Virus record (IMG/VR): IMGVR_UViG_3300007351_000001
Strand: one strand, 5' to 3'
DNA from: a virus
Lineage: Duplodnaviria; Heunggongvirae; Uroviricota; Caudoviricetes
Length of the DNA: 64,000 nucleotides
Position numbers and translations under genes: made by a program. Of this stretch, positions 50,498-59,797 are shown piece by piece. How positions within the stretch are numbered: position 1 is the first letter of the stretch; the number at the start of each line of letters is the position of its first letter. Below the pieces are notes generated by a model. That model was not told the origin of the DNA. It searched no databases and was given only the letters and a program-made list of their open reading frames with translations.

Positions 50498-51925
50498 ATG
50501 TCCTTGAAGTACCGCGCAGAGTTGCACGGGACGAACCACTACGTGTTGCCGCGCATCGGCACGATGCGGTGCGACGTGCACGCGTTCATGTCCCCAGAGC
50601 TGTACACGATCAGCGACGAAGGCACCTGGCAACAAGCCTTCGACGCTGCGTCGTACCCGAACGTGCGCGGAGTCTACCTGATGCCCGACTGCCATCTCGG
50701 GTACGGCATCCCGGTTGGCGGTGTAGTTGTCACCGACGGCGTGATCATCCAGTCGGGGTCGGGGTACGACATCTCATGCGGTGTCATCTACATGCGCTTG
50801 CCGGGAGTCACCGCAGCCGACGTCGTTGACTGGGAGCGCCGGCTGCGATGGGTGCGGGAAGTCGAGCTGCGGGTGGCCACTGGTGTCGGCCGGCACCGCC
50901 CGAAGCTCGCCCCCAAGATCACTGGTCGGATGATCGCCGAGGTCTTGCTCCACGGTGCCAAGCCCTTGGGCGTGTCGGCCGACGTGTGCGAGCGGCAGTT
51001 CATCCAGGTCGACGAGAAGCACTTCGACTCACAGCGGGTCGAGCGCGCCATCGAGCGTGCTGGCGACCAGCTTGGCTCGGTCGGCGGCGGCAACCACTTC
51101 ATCGAGCTGCAGGTGGATCGAGACACCGGTGAGGTGTGGGCGATGGTGCACTGTGGCAGCCGCGGCTTTGGTTGGCAGACGGCCAACCACTTTTTCTTCG
51201 CGGGCGCGGAAGCGCGCGGCCTGCCGAAGAACCGGCGCGAGTCGTCGTGGCTGTACGCCGACGAAGAAGTCGGGAAGCAGTATTGGGCGCATCACAACGC
51301 GGCGGCGAACTACGCGATCGCCAACCGGCACATGATCGTCGAAGGCGTGCGCGAGGCGACGCAGGAAGTGTTCGCGGCGAGCCCAGAGGTCTACTTCGAG
51401 ATCTCGCACAACCTCGTGCAAGACGAGCGCGTGCTCGTGCCTGGTGCGGACGGCTCCTACGAGTTTGTGCGTGGGTTCGTGCACCGTAAAGGCGCGACGC
51501 GCGCCTTCCCGGCACACCACCCCGATCTCGTCGGGACGAAGTGGGAAGAGACTGGGCACCCGTGTCTGATTCCAGGCTCGATGCTCGACGGAGCTGCGAT
51601 CTTGTTCCCGACCTTCCGCACGGTGGAGAGCGGGTTCTCAGTCAACCACGGCTCGGGTCGTGCCGTGGCGCGTGGACAGGCCAAGCGAGATCTCGAACCG
51701 CTGCAAGAGGACATCGACACCGAAATGCGGACGATCCGCCGCACAGTCGGCCCCGACCGGGTCGAGATCGTGGGCATTGTTGGCAACACAGCGAAGACGC
51801 CACTCGATGAGTGCGGACACGTCTACAAGAAGCTCGACCAGGTTGTAGGATCGCTGGTTGATGCCGGCGTGGCCACCGTTAGTGCGCGACTGTATCCCGT
51901 GGCGAACTTGAAAGGGACGGACTGA
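50498..51925 (+). CDS. rtcB: RtcB RNA 3'-phosphate ligase (475 aa)
   Basis: MPDCHLGYGIPVGGV, GSVGGGNHFIE, HNLV, GSM, NHGSGR: the conserved RtcB metal/GMP-binding motifs, in order. Confidence 0.9.
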   Translation: MSLKYRAELHGTNHYVLPRIGTMRCDVHAFMSPELYTISDEGTWQQAFDAASYPNVRGVYLMPDCHLGYGIPVGGVVVTDGVIIQSGSGYDISCGVIYMRLPGVTAADVVDWERRLRWVREVELRVATGVGRHRPKLAPKITGRMIAEVLLHGAKPLGVSADVCERQFIQVDEKHFDSQRVERAIERAGDQLGSVGGGNHFIELQVDRDTGEVWAMVHCGSRGFGWQTANHFFFAGAEARGLPKNRRESSWLYADEEVGKQYWAHHNAAANYAIANRHMIVEGVREATQEVFAASPEVYFEISHNLVQDERVLVPGADGSYEFVRGFVHRKGATRAFPAHHPDLVGTKWEETGHPCLIPGSMLDGAAILFPTFRTVESGFSVNHGSGRAVARGQAKRDLEPLQEDIDTEMRTIRRTVGPDRVEIVGIVGNTAKTPLDECGHVYKKLDQVVGSLVDAGVATVSARLYPVANLKGTD

Positions 51926-52032
51926 CGCTGGGCCTTGCTCGTGGTGGGGTGAGGTCCGGTTCTGCCCGAGGCGGTTGGTGTTGGGAAGAGCGCCAGCCGT
52001 CTCGGGTTCCACCGAGTGAAAGGAGGAGGGCG

Positions 52033-52695
52033 ATGGCTGTTCGTGATCGGGTACACCGATTGGTCACCGGTGCGTTTCATCAGATGATCTCTGCGATCGA
52101 GAACCAGGCTCCAGATGCCGTGATGGAGCAGGCGATTCGCGAGGCTGACGAGGCAACCGAGGAAGCTCGCAGTGAGTTGGCGCAAGTGCTGACGCGACAG
52201 CATTTGGCGTCGTCGCGTATCGCACGCGATACGGACGCGCTGCGCGCACTGGACGCGCAGGTGCAGTTGGCTCTGAAGGAGAAACGAGAGGACCTCGCGC
52301 GCGAAGCAGTCGCGCGGCAACTGGACCTCGAAGCGCAACTGTCGGTCGTGCAGGAGGCGGCGGATCACGAAGCGCATGCACGCGCTGACCTCGAACGCAT
52401 GATCCTCGCGCTCGATGCCCAGCGGCGAGAGATGCGCGAGGAGTTGGCAGCGTTCCGCGCTCAGCAGGACCGGGCCGTTCCAGGCGTTGACGCACCACCG
52501 ATGGGTGGCGTCACGGGGACCGTCGCGGAGCAGCGGGCTCGCCGGGCGAAAGAAGTGTTCGGCGATGTCATGAGCCGGCAGACGAATCTCCCGCGGCCAC
52601 TCGGGTCCACCAGCAAGCTCCAAGAGTTGGCGGACCTGGAGCGGACACATCGGATTGACGAACGACTCGCTGCTGCGAAGGCACAGCAAGGTTAG
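52033..52695 (+). CDS. PspA/IM30 family protein, copy 2 (220 aa)
   Basis: MAVRDRVHRLVTGAFHQMISAIEN..., ALKEKREDLAREAVARQLDLEAQL (cf. PspA [20 protein letters not shown]); GGAGGAGGG RBS. Confidence 0.75.
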   Translation: MAVRDRVHRLVTGAFHQMISAIENQAPDAVMEQAIREADEATEEARSELAQVLTRQHLASSRIARDTDALRALDAQVQLALKEKREDLAREAVARQLDLEAQLSVVQEAADHEAHARADLERMILALDAQRREMREELAAFRAQQDRAVPGVDAPPMGGVTGTVAEQRARRAKEVFGDVMSRQTNLPRPLGSTSKLQELADLERTHRIDERLAAAKAQQG

Positions 52696-52697
52696 CC

Positions 52698-53384
52698 GTG
52701 ACTTCCTTCACCTTCCTGCTGCAGGCGGGCGTGTGGCCGTTCACGGCAAGCCTGTCCTTGGTCGTGGTGCTCGCGATCTTGGAGTTCATGACGTACGTGG
52801 CAGGCCTTGGTGGAATCACGCATGCATTCGAGCACGCCTTTGGTGTCGATCTCGATGGCGACTTCGACATGGCGCACCCAGATTTCTCTCACGGGGGCGT
52901 CTTCGTAAAGGCCGTGAACTGGGCGCGGGTGGGAGAACTTCCACTGTCGATCTTACTGATCACGTGGTGGTTCCTCTTCGGCATCGTGGGGGTGGGGGCA
53001 CAATACGCGTCGTCGATCGTGCTTGGTGGTGCCACGATGCCGTTTTGGATCGTGGTCTGGCCAGTGATGGCCGTGTCGATTGGCGCGTACCGAGGGTGCG
53101 CGCGGATCTTTGTGCGGGTCTTGCCGACTGATGTCGAGACGTACGCGGTCGAGCCGTCGTCGTTCGTCGGAAGGACGGCAACTGTGGTCATGGGTACGGC
53201 GACCGTGACCGCCCCTGCTCAAGCTCGCTTGGTGGATCAGTACGGGAACGCGCACTACGTCATGGTCGAGCCGAGCGATCCAGAGCAGGCGTTCGCGCCT
53301 GGTGCCACCGTGCTGCTTGTTGAACAAAACGACGCGGTATTCCGCGTTATCAACCCGCCGAGCGCACTGTTACTCGGCACGTGA
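52698..53384 (+). CDS. YqiJ/YuaF (NfeD-like) membrane protein with C-terminal OB-fold (228 aa)
   Basis: Several TM helices, then GRTATVVMGTATV...ARLVDQYGNAHYVMVEP...GATVLLVEQNDAVFRV (NfeD beta-barrel pattern); located directly upstream of a flotillin gene as in yqiJK/yuaFG. Confidence 0.65.
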   Translation: MTSFTFLLQAGVWPFTASLSLVVVLAILEFMTYVAGLGGITHAFEHAFGVDLDGDFDMAHPDFSHGGVFVKAVNWARVGELPLSILLITWWFLFGIVGVGAQYASSIVLGGATMPFWIVVWPVMAVSIGAYRGCARIFVRVLPTDVETYAVEPSSFVGRTATVVMGTATVTAPAQARLVDQYGNAHYVMVEPSDPEQAFAPGATVLLVEQNDAVFRVINPPSALLLGT

Positions 53385-53397
53385 TGGGGGAGAGCTG

Positions 53398-55194
53398 ATG
53401 GAAGGTTTGATCGGAATCGGGATGGTGGTCGCAGTCTGCATGGCCGGGCTGGGTGCGATTGCCTTCATGATGTCGCGGCTCTACGTGCGCGCCACGCCCG
53501 AGTGGGCACTGGTCCGCAGCGGCTACCGCGGCAAGAAGGTTGTGATCGACGGCGGGTGCTTCGTCCTGCCGGTCTACCACGAGATCCAGCGGGTCAACAT
53601 GAAGACGGTGAAGCTCGCCGTCACGCGCCAGCAGCGGGACTCGTTGATCACCAAGGATCGGCTGCGCGTCGATGTCATCGTGGAGTTCTACGTCCGCGCC
53701 AAGCCGGACGCGACGGCGATCCCGGAAGCGGCTCGGACGCTCGGGGAGCGCACCGCCGACCAAGCGGCGCTCAAGGATCTCATCGAGGGCAAAGCGGTCG
53801 GCGTGCTGCGTGCGGTTGCGGCGCGCATGACGATGGCAGAGCTGCACGAGGACCGGGCGAAGTTCGAGCAGGAAGTGCTGAACGGCGTGCAGAAGGACCT
53901 GACGAAGAACGGCCTCGAACTGGAGTCGTCGGCGATGACGCACTTCAACCAGACGGCCAAAGAGTTCTTTGTCGCCGAGAACGCCTTTGACGCCGAAGGG
54001 CTCGCAATGCTCACCGCTGCGGTCGAGCAGCGTCGGCAAGAGGTGAACAACATCGAGGTGACCACGCGCGTGGCGATCGAGACGCGCAATCTCGAAGGGC
54101 AGCGGCGATCGTTGCAACTCGCGCAGGATACGCAGGAGGCGATGCTGACTCAGCAGCTCGCCATCGAGACCGCCACTGCGCAGCGCAAACGTGAGATCGC
54201 ACAACAGCAGGCAGAGCAGGATCGGCTGGCGCAAGAGGCGCAGATCGCCGCGCAACAGCAAGTGCAGCTGGCGTCGGTCGAAGCCGAACGGACTGTGCAA
54301 GAGGCGAAGGCGCAACAGCACGCCGCCGTGCAACAGGCGCAGATCGCTTCAGAGCGGGCGGTGAAGGTGGCCGACGAACAGCGCCAGCGTGATGTGGCGG
54401 TGGCGGCTGAGGAACGTCAGCGTGACGTGGAAGTGGCCAAACAGGAGCGCAACATCAAGGTGCAGACCAAGAGCGAGGAGCTGTCGGGTGCCACGGCCAG
54501 TGCTGAACGCGCTCGTGCCGAGGCGGTCGTAGCCGAGCAGCAGGTCATCACGGCCCAAGCGGTGGCCTCCGCGGATCGTGAGAAGCAAGTGGCGGTGATC
54601 GCGGCTGAGCGCGAGGCACAGCAGGGGGCGGTCGGCCTGGTGGTCAACGCCAAGGCGCATGAGGATGCCGCCGCACACGAGGCCGCAGCTGTCATGGTGA
54701 GAGCGACGGCGGATACCGACGCCAAGCGCCTCGCCCTGGAGATCGCGGAGCGTGACTTCGCGGTCCGCGCCACGGGCACGCGGCTCTTGCACGAGTCCGA
54801 GAACGTGCTCGGGCAGTCGGCGATGGACTTGCGGCTGCGCCTGGCCCTGGTCGAGCACGCCGCGGCGATGATCACTGCGGCCGGCAAGCCGGTCGAGCAC
54901 ATCAAGGATCTGCGGGTCATTGCCGTGCAGGGCATTCCGGGGCTGGCGGGGCCGTTGCCGGTGAACGGCGACGGCTCTACCGTTGCCAACGGCACTGGGC
55001 ACGACGCCGGATTGCCCGACCAGATCGTCAATGCGGCCCTGCGTCACCAGGCGCTCGCGCCGCTGGTTGGGCTGTTGATGGGGGAGATCGGCATCGACCC
55101 CACGACCATGAATGGCATTGCTCGCCCTCTGACTGACATGGCGGTGGCGCGGCCCGCCCACCCAGCGAACGGAGATGCCCGAGCGTCGAGCTAA
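53398..55194 (+). CDS. flotillin / SPFH (band-7) family protein, YqiK/FloT-like (598 aa)
   Basis: N-terminal TM helix, SPFH core (YHEIQRVNMKTVKLAVTRQQRDSLITKDRLRVDVIVEFYVR), long Ala/Gln/Glu-rich coiled coil (flotillin repeats). Confidence 0.85.
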   Translation: MEGLIGIGMVVAVCMAGLGAIAFMMSRLYVRATPEWALVRSGYRGKKVVIDGGCFVLPVYHEIQRVNMKTVKLAVTRQQRDSLITKDRLRVDVIVEFYVRAKPDATAIPEAARTLGERTADQAALKDLIEGKAVGVLRAVAARMTMAELHEDRAKFEQEVLNGVQKDLTKNGLELESSAMTHFNQTAKEFFVAENAFDAEGLAMLTAAVEQRRQEVNNIEVTTRVAIETRNLEGQRRSLQLAQDTQEAMLTQQLAIETATAQRKREIAQQQAEQDRLAQEAQIAAQQQVQLASVEAERTVQEAKAQQHAAVQQAQIASERAVKVADEQRQRDVAVAAEERQRDVEVAKQERNIKVQTKSEELSGATASAERARAEAVVAEQQVITAQAVASADREKQVAVIAAEREAQQGAVGLVVNAKAHEDAAAHEAAAVMVRATADTDAKRLALEIAERDFAVRATGTRLLHESENVLGQSAMDLRLRLALVEHAAAMITAAGKPVEHIKDLRVIAVQGIPGLAGPLPVNGDGSTVANGTGHDAGLPDQIVNAALRHQALAPLVGLLMGEIGIDPTTMNGIARPLTDMAVARPAHPANGDARASS

Positions 55195-55246
55195 GGTCGT
55201 TCGTGTCGGTGACCACAGTAGTGCGTCGGCGATCTCGATTGCGGTG

Positions 55247-55507
55247 ATGGGGCTGGCTCTCAAAGAGCAGCCCCTCACCAACGTCGAGCTGCAATACCTG
55301 CGCGAGCAGTCTGGGATCACGATCGACACGATGGCGAACGTGGTGTGTTTGACACCACGGACTGTGCGTCGAATCGAGGACGGCAGATCAAAGCTGGCGT
55401 ACGCCGCTGAGGCGCTCTGGCGCCTCGCTGCCGTTCACTGGTTCGCGGTCCGTGCAGAACGATTCATCCTCTACAACCGACCCGCATCGAGACGGAGGGC
55501 TTCGTGA
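55247..55507 (+). CDS. small HTH protein (~86 aa)
   Basis: LREQSGITIDTMANVVCLTPRTVRRIEDG helix-turn-helix; start uncertain. Confidence 0.45.
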   Translation: MGLALKEQPLTNVELQYLREQSGITIDTMANVVCLTPRTVRRIEDGRSKLAYAAEALWRLAAVHWFAVRAERFILYNRPASRRRAS

Positions 55508-56895
55508 TGTGGCGCATCAACCCGATCCTGTGCACGGACAGCTACAAGCACACGCACCATCCGCAGCTGCCACCGGACGCCGAGGTCTTCTTCTCGTACT
55601 TCGAGGCGCGTGGTGGCGACTACCCAGCCACCAACTGGTTTGGGTTGCAGGCGATCATCCAGGAGCACCTCATCGGTGAGGTCATCACCGACGAAGACAT
55701 CTACGAGGCGCGCGACGTCGCCCGCTTCCTGCACGGCGGTGAGGATTACTTCAACATCGACGGGTGGCGGCGCATTGTGGGCGACCACGGCGGCAAGTAC
55801 CCGGTGCGCATCCGCGCGGTACCCGAAGGCACCTGGGTGCCGACCTCGAACGTGCTCTACACCATGGAGAACCGCGACAAGAAGCTGCCGTGGCTGAACA
55901 GCCACTTGGAGACCATGTGCGTGCAGTCGTGGTACCCGATGGGCGTCTCGACGCTGAGCGGTTTCCTGAAACCGATCTTTCAGCGGTATCTCGAACAGAC
56001 CGGATCGCCGGAACTGCTCCGGACGAGACTCCATGACTTCGGGATCCGTGGCACAACCTGCATGCACCAAGCGGCACGCGGCGGTGCTGGGCACCTCGTG
56101 CACTTTGATGGCACCGACAACTACCCAGCGATGTTGCTGCTGCGCGACTTCTACGGCGGCAAGCTCTACGGCTCGTCGGTGCCGGCCGCGGAGCACTCGA
56201 CGATCACGTCGTGGGGTCCTGAGCGTGAGCAGGATGCGTACGAGAACCTCCTGCGCCAATACCCGCGCGGACTGGTCGCCCTGCCGACTGATTCGTACAA
56301 CACGCTGAAAGCGATCCACATGTTGACTGTGACTCTGCGCGACTTGGTGGAAGCGCGCGACGGCGTCTTGGTCATGCGGCAGGACTCCGGTGACCCGAGT
56401 GAGACGATGCGCCAGGTCTTGGCGGTCGCCGGCCAGAACGCCGGGTACCACCTGAACGACAAGAGCTACCGAGTGTTGAACCCGAAGTACCGGGTCCTGC
56501 AATCTGAAGGCGTGAATCGCGCCGAGATCAACCAGATGCTCTGGCTCCTCACCAACAACACCTGGTCGATCGACAACATCGTCTTCGGCATGGGCGGTGC
56601 GCTTCTGCAGAAGCTCGATCGCGACACGTCTTTCTGCGCGTGCAAGTGCTCGTGGGTCGGGCTCTCTGACGGAACGGGCCGCGACGTCTACAAAATGGCG
56701 CCCGGCAAACGTTCCAAGCGCGGCCGACTGAAGCTCGTCGAACAGAAGGGCGAGCTGACCACGGTCCGGCAGGAAGAAGCTGGCAAGGATCTCCTGGAGG
56801 ACATCTACGACTGCGGCCAGCTGCTCAACCCGTACACCTTCGACCAGGTGCGAGCGAACGCCGAAGCGTCTTGGCGTCCGCGGTGGGCGCACTGA
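55504..56895 (+). CDS. nadV: nicotinamide phosphoribosyltransferase (NadV/NAMPT), 463 aa
   Basis: NPILCTDSYKHTHHPQLP, DFGIRGTT, GSSVPAAEHSTITSWG. Confidence 0.9.
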   Translation: MMWRINPILCTDSYKHTHHPQLPPDAEVFFSYFEARGGDYPATNWFGLQAIIQEHLIGEVITDEDIYEARDVARFLHGGEDYFNIDGWRRIVGDHGGKYPVRIRAVPEGTWVPTSNVLYTMENRDKKLPWLNSHLETMCVQSWYPMGVSTLSGFLKPIFQRYLEQTGSPELLRTRLHDFGIRGTTCMHQAARGGAGHLVHFDGTDNYPAMLLLRDFYGGKLYGSSVPAAEHSTITSWGPEREQDAYENLLRQYPRGLVALPTDSYNTLKAIHMLTVTLRDLVEARDGVLVMRQDSGDPSETMRQVLAVAGQNAGYHLNDKSYRVLNPKYRVLQSEGVNRAEINQMLWLLTNNTWSIDNIVFGMGGALLQKLDRDTSFCACKCSWVGLSDGTGRDVYKMAPGKRSKRGRLKLVEQKGELTTVRQEEAGKDLLEDIYDCGQLLNPYTFDQVRANAEASWRPRWAH

Positions 56896-57173
56896 TGGAG
56901 CTGAACGACACCACCTGGGTGCTGATCGGTGTGCCAGAGGCGCTCACCAAACTCGCTCCGGACGTCCACTGGTCACAGACCCACGTCTGCTGCACGTGCG
57001 GCGAGCGGCTCTACACCAACGAAGAGATGCGCGGGATTCTCGCCAGCGCCGACCATCACATCCACACCGTGTGCTTTCGCTGTGGGCTGAGTCTTGCAGA
57101 GAAGCACAAGGATGACGTCGCGATCGAGTGGGTTGAGGAGATCGCGGAAGGCATGAAAGGGCCACTGCAATGA
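56895..57173 (+). CDS. hypothetical Cys/His-containing small protein (92 aa)
   Basis: ATGA overlap with nadV stop; CCTCGERLY...HHIHTVCFRCG. Confidence 0.5.
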   Translation: MELNDTTWVLIGVPEALTKLAPDVHWSQTHVCCTCGERLYTNEEMRGILASADHHIHTVCFRCGLSLAEKHKDDVAIEWVEEIAEGMKGPLQ

Positions 57174-58102
57174 CGGACATGCAGCCAGTCGAAGAGAGCG
57201 GTAGTCGTAGCGTCGGGATCGTGATCGGCCGCTTTCAGGCCCACGCGTTGCACCATGTGCACCGCTCGCTGATCGAGTATGTCATGGGGCAACACAGCCG
57301 CGTCGCGATCTTCCTGGGGGTCGCGCCGATCCCCGGCACGCCGCGCAACCCGCTCGACTTCGAGACGCGCAAGCGCATGCTGCAGGACGTCTGGCCGGAC
57401 CTGCCGGTGCTCGATCTGCACGACCGCCCGACCGACGACGAGTGGAGCCAACTGCTCGACGAGCGCGTGCGCTCGCTCTATCCGACGCAGAAAGCCGTGC
57501 TCTACGGTGGGCGCGATTCGTTCATCAGTCACTACACCGGCCGGTTGCCGGCGCGTGAGCTGGAGCCGGCAACGTACGTAGCCCAAGTCTCAGCCACGCA
57601 GCTGCGCCAGCTTGCGGCCTCGGGCGTGGCGGCGTCAGAGGACTTCCGCCGCGGCGTGATCTTCGGGGTCCACAACCGTTACACGCGCACCGCGATCCCC
57701 GCCGTCGACATCGCTGTGGTTCGTGGGGAGGAGCAGGTACTGCTCGGCCGCAAGCCGCACGAGACCGGCTGGCGTTTCCCTGGCGGCATCGTCGAAGACG
57801 ACGAAACCTACGAGCAGGCCGTGCTGCGGGAGTTGCGCGAGGAAGCCGGTGCGCTCGACGTCGAGGACCTCCACTACTTGGCGAGCTTCAAGGTCGATGA
57901 CTGGCGCTACCGCGGTGAAGCGATGGGCATCATGACCGCCTTCTATCGCGCGACGTGGGTCGCCGGTACGCCGCTGCCGGGCGATGATCTCGCCGAGGTC
58001 CGTTGGGCGGGGCTCGTGTCGCTCACGCAGGAGGAGATCGTCCCGTCGCACTGGCCCTTGGTGCAGAAGCTCTGGTACCCGCCGACTCGGACGGAACGCT
58101 GA
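57170..58102 (+). CDS. nadM: bifunctional NMN adenylyltransferase / Nudix hydrolase (NadM-Nudix), 310 aa
   Basis: GIVIGRFQAHALHHVH (HxGH nucleotidyltransferase) and Nudix box GGIVEDDETYEQAVLRELREEAG. Confidence 0.85.
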   Translation: MTDMQPVEESGSRSVGIVIGRFQAHALHHVHRSLIEYVMGQHSRVAIFLGVAPIPGTPRNPLDFETRKRMLQDVWPDLPVLDLHDRPTDDEWSQLLDERVRSLYPTQKAVLYGGRDSFISHYTGRLPARELEPATYVAQVSATQLRQLAASGVAASEDFRRGVIFGVHNRYTRTAIPAVDIAVVRGEEQVLLGRKPHETGWRFPGGIVEDDETYEQAVLRELREEAGALDVEDLHYLASFKVDDWRYRGEAMGIMTAFYRATWVAGTPLPGDDLAEVRWAGLVSLTQEEIVPSHWPLVQKLWYPPTRTER

Positions 58103-58551
58103 TGGCACGCCCCAGCTGGGACGAGTACTTCATGACGATCACGCGGCAGGTCTCGGAGCGCTCGACCTGTACGCGGGCGAAGGTGGGGGCGATCATCGTC
58201 CGTGACCGCAACATCCTAGCGACCGGCTACAACGGCTCTCCGTCCGGAGCCCCACACTGCCTCGATGTCGGCTGCTTGATGTTCAAGACGATCGACCCTG
58301 ACGGCACCGAGGACGAGTACTGCTTCCGCACGATCCACGCGGAGATGAACGCGCTCACGCAGGCGGCGAAGCATGGCTCGACAGTGCGCGACGCCGACCT
58401 CTACTGCACGCACTCGCCCTGTTACCACTGCTTCAAGGTCCTGATGAACACGGGGCTGCGGCGGATCTTCTACGTGAAGCCGTATCGGCTGGAGTCGATC
58501 GCCGAGCTGCGGCAGGTGGCGCCGGTTGAACTCGTTCCCATCCTGCTATGA
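58102..58551 (+). CDS. dCMP deaminase (150 aa)
   Basis: CTRAKVGAIIV...HAEMNAL...CTHSPCYHC zinc-binding deaminase motifs; ATGA overlap. Confidence 0.85.
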   Translation: MARPSWDEYFMTITRQVSERSTCTRAKVGAIIVRDRNILATGYNGSPSGAPHCLDVGCLMFKTIDPDGTEDEYCFRTIHAEMNALTQAAKHGSTVRDADLYCTHSPCYHCFKVLMNTGLRRIFYVKPYRLESIAELRQVAPVELVPILL

Positions 58552-58820
58552 GTAGATGGGATCGGCGGTACATTGCCGCCCTCTGCGTCGTCCTAGCCGC
58601 GCTGGCGGGCTTTGCCGGCGCACAGCTCTCCTCGACCCCCAATGTCGTCTGCATCTGCCAGAAACGCCCCATTGCGTCCTGGGCGGCAATGCACGGCACA
58701 CACACGAAGTTCACGTGCACTGTGATGGTGCCAGAGGGCGGGCTGCTCGTCCACGCGGACTGTCTCTACGTCAACACGCACGAGGTCGTGAGGGAGTTCC
58801 GAGTCGATCGCCGACCGTAA
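58548..58820 (+). CDS. small signal-peptide/membrane protein (90 aa)
   Basis: ATGA overlap; IAALCVVLAALAGFAGA hydrophobic N-terminus. Confidence 0.5.
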   Translation: MSRWDRRYIAALCVVLAALAGFAGAQLSSTPNVVCICQKRPIASWAAMHGTHTKFTCTVMVPEGGLLVHADCLYVNTHEVVREFRVDRRP

Positions 58821-58902
58821 CGGCCGGCCTCGTGTGGAATAAGCACTTGACCACGCGATAAAACTTCGTCACCATCACGGCCGGATAGAGGAGGTGGTGG
58901 TG

Positions 58903-59055
58903 ATGGCGGAAGATCGACTCGTCGAGATCCGCGACGAGAAGGACCAGCTCGTGGGCTATCGGTGCCCTGTCTGCAGTCGGTACTTCGGACTGCAGGAGCA
59001 GGTCCAGGCGCAAGGGTGCCTGGCCTCGCATCGCGAGCTGCTTGTCGAAGGCTGA
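58903..59055 (+). CDS. zinc-ribbon small protein (50 aa: MAEDRLVEIRDEKDQLVGYRCPVCSRYFGLQEQVQAQGCLASHRELLVEG), absent from ORF track
   Basis: ATG after GAGGAGGTGGTGGTG RBS; CPVC...C..H. Confidence 0.5.
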   Translation: MAEDRLVEIRDEKDQLVGYRCPVCSRYFGLQEQVQAQGCLASHRELLVEG

Positions 59056-59071
59056 ATCTAGCCGCTCGCCG

Positions 59072-59797
59072 TTGGTCGAGGCCGTGTTCGCCCCGTTCGA
59101 GCGGGCGGCGGCGTTCGAGGCCTTCAACCACTGGCAGCAGACGCTCGCTGCGTCGGCGCTTGACCAGGCTGTGCAGCTGGCGCTCCCGTGCGTCGGCTTC
59201 GCGTACCGGATCCTGTTCCTGCAGCAGGCGCGGATCCGCAAGCTCGACCCGATGACGCGCGACGAGTTACTGGCCGGCGGCGCGGCTGAGGTGTTCGAGC
59301 GCTTGCGAAACAAGCGGGATTTTGTGGGCGACGCCGACGCGTACGAGCGGTACCTCGTCGCCACCGCTCGCCGGCTGATGTCTGGCATGTGCCCGCGGCC
59401 GGAGGTCCTCGACTACGACGTGTCGAGCCTCTGGCACCCGATGGGACGCGTCCGTGACATCCGCGACGTCGAGTATCAGCTGCTGTTGGAGAAGCTACCC
59501 ACGCTTCTGTGGCGCTACTTCCGTGACCAGTGCCGCCTGGTGGGCTCCGAACGCCACGCCGCGGCGGATGTGCTGCGCCGAATGCTGAGCGGCCGTGGGC
59601 TCGGGCTCATGCGGTTGAAACAACAGTTCCGAGTCCTCGATCCGGACTTCATTGTGAACTACGTCCTCGTGCTCGTGCGCCGGTTCCTCTACGAACTACG
59701 TGCCGAGTACGGGCGCATTGTTGAGGTGCCGACGGAGTGGGCGCCGGTGTGGGGTGGTGGTGGCGGCGGTGATGGCAGCCGAACAACTGGTCGGTGA
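59072..59797 (+). CDS. hypothetical protein, possibly sigma-factor-like (~240 aa; start uncertain)
   Basis: FERLRNKRDFVGDADAYERYLVATARRLM weakly resembles sigma region 2; C-terminal Gly run. Confidence 0.45.
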   Translation: MVEAVFAPFERAAAFEAFNHWQQTLAASALDQAVQLALPCVGFAYRILFLQQARIRKLDPMTRDELLAGGAAEVFERLRNKRDFVGDADAYERYLVATARRLMSGMCPRPEVLDYDVSSLWHPMGRVRDIRDVEYQLLLEKLPTLLWRYFRDQCRLVGSERHAAADVLRRMLSGRGLGLMRLKQQFRVLDPDFIVNYVLVLVRRFLYELRAEYGRIVEVPTEWAPVWGGGGGGDGSRTTGR

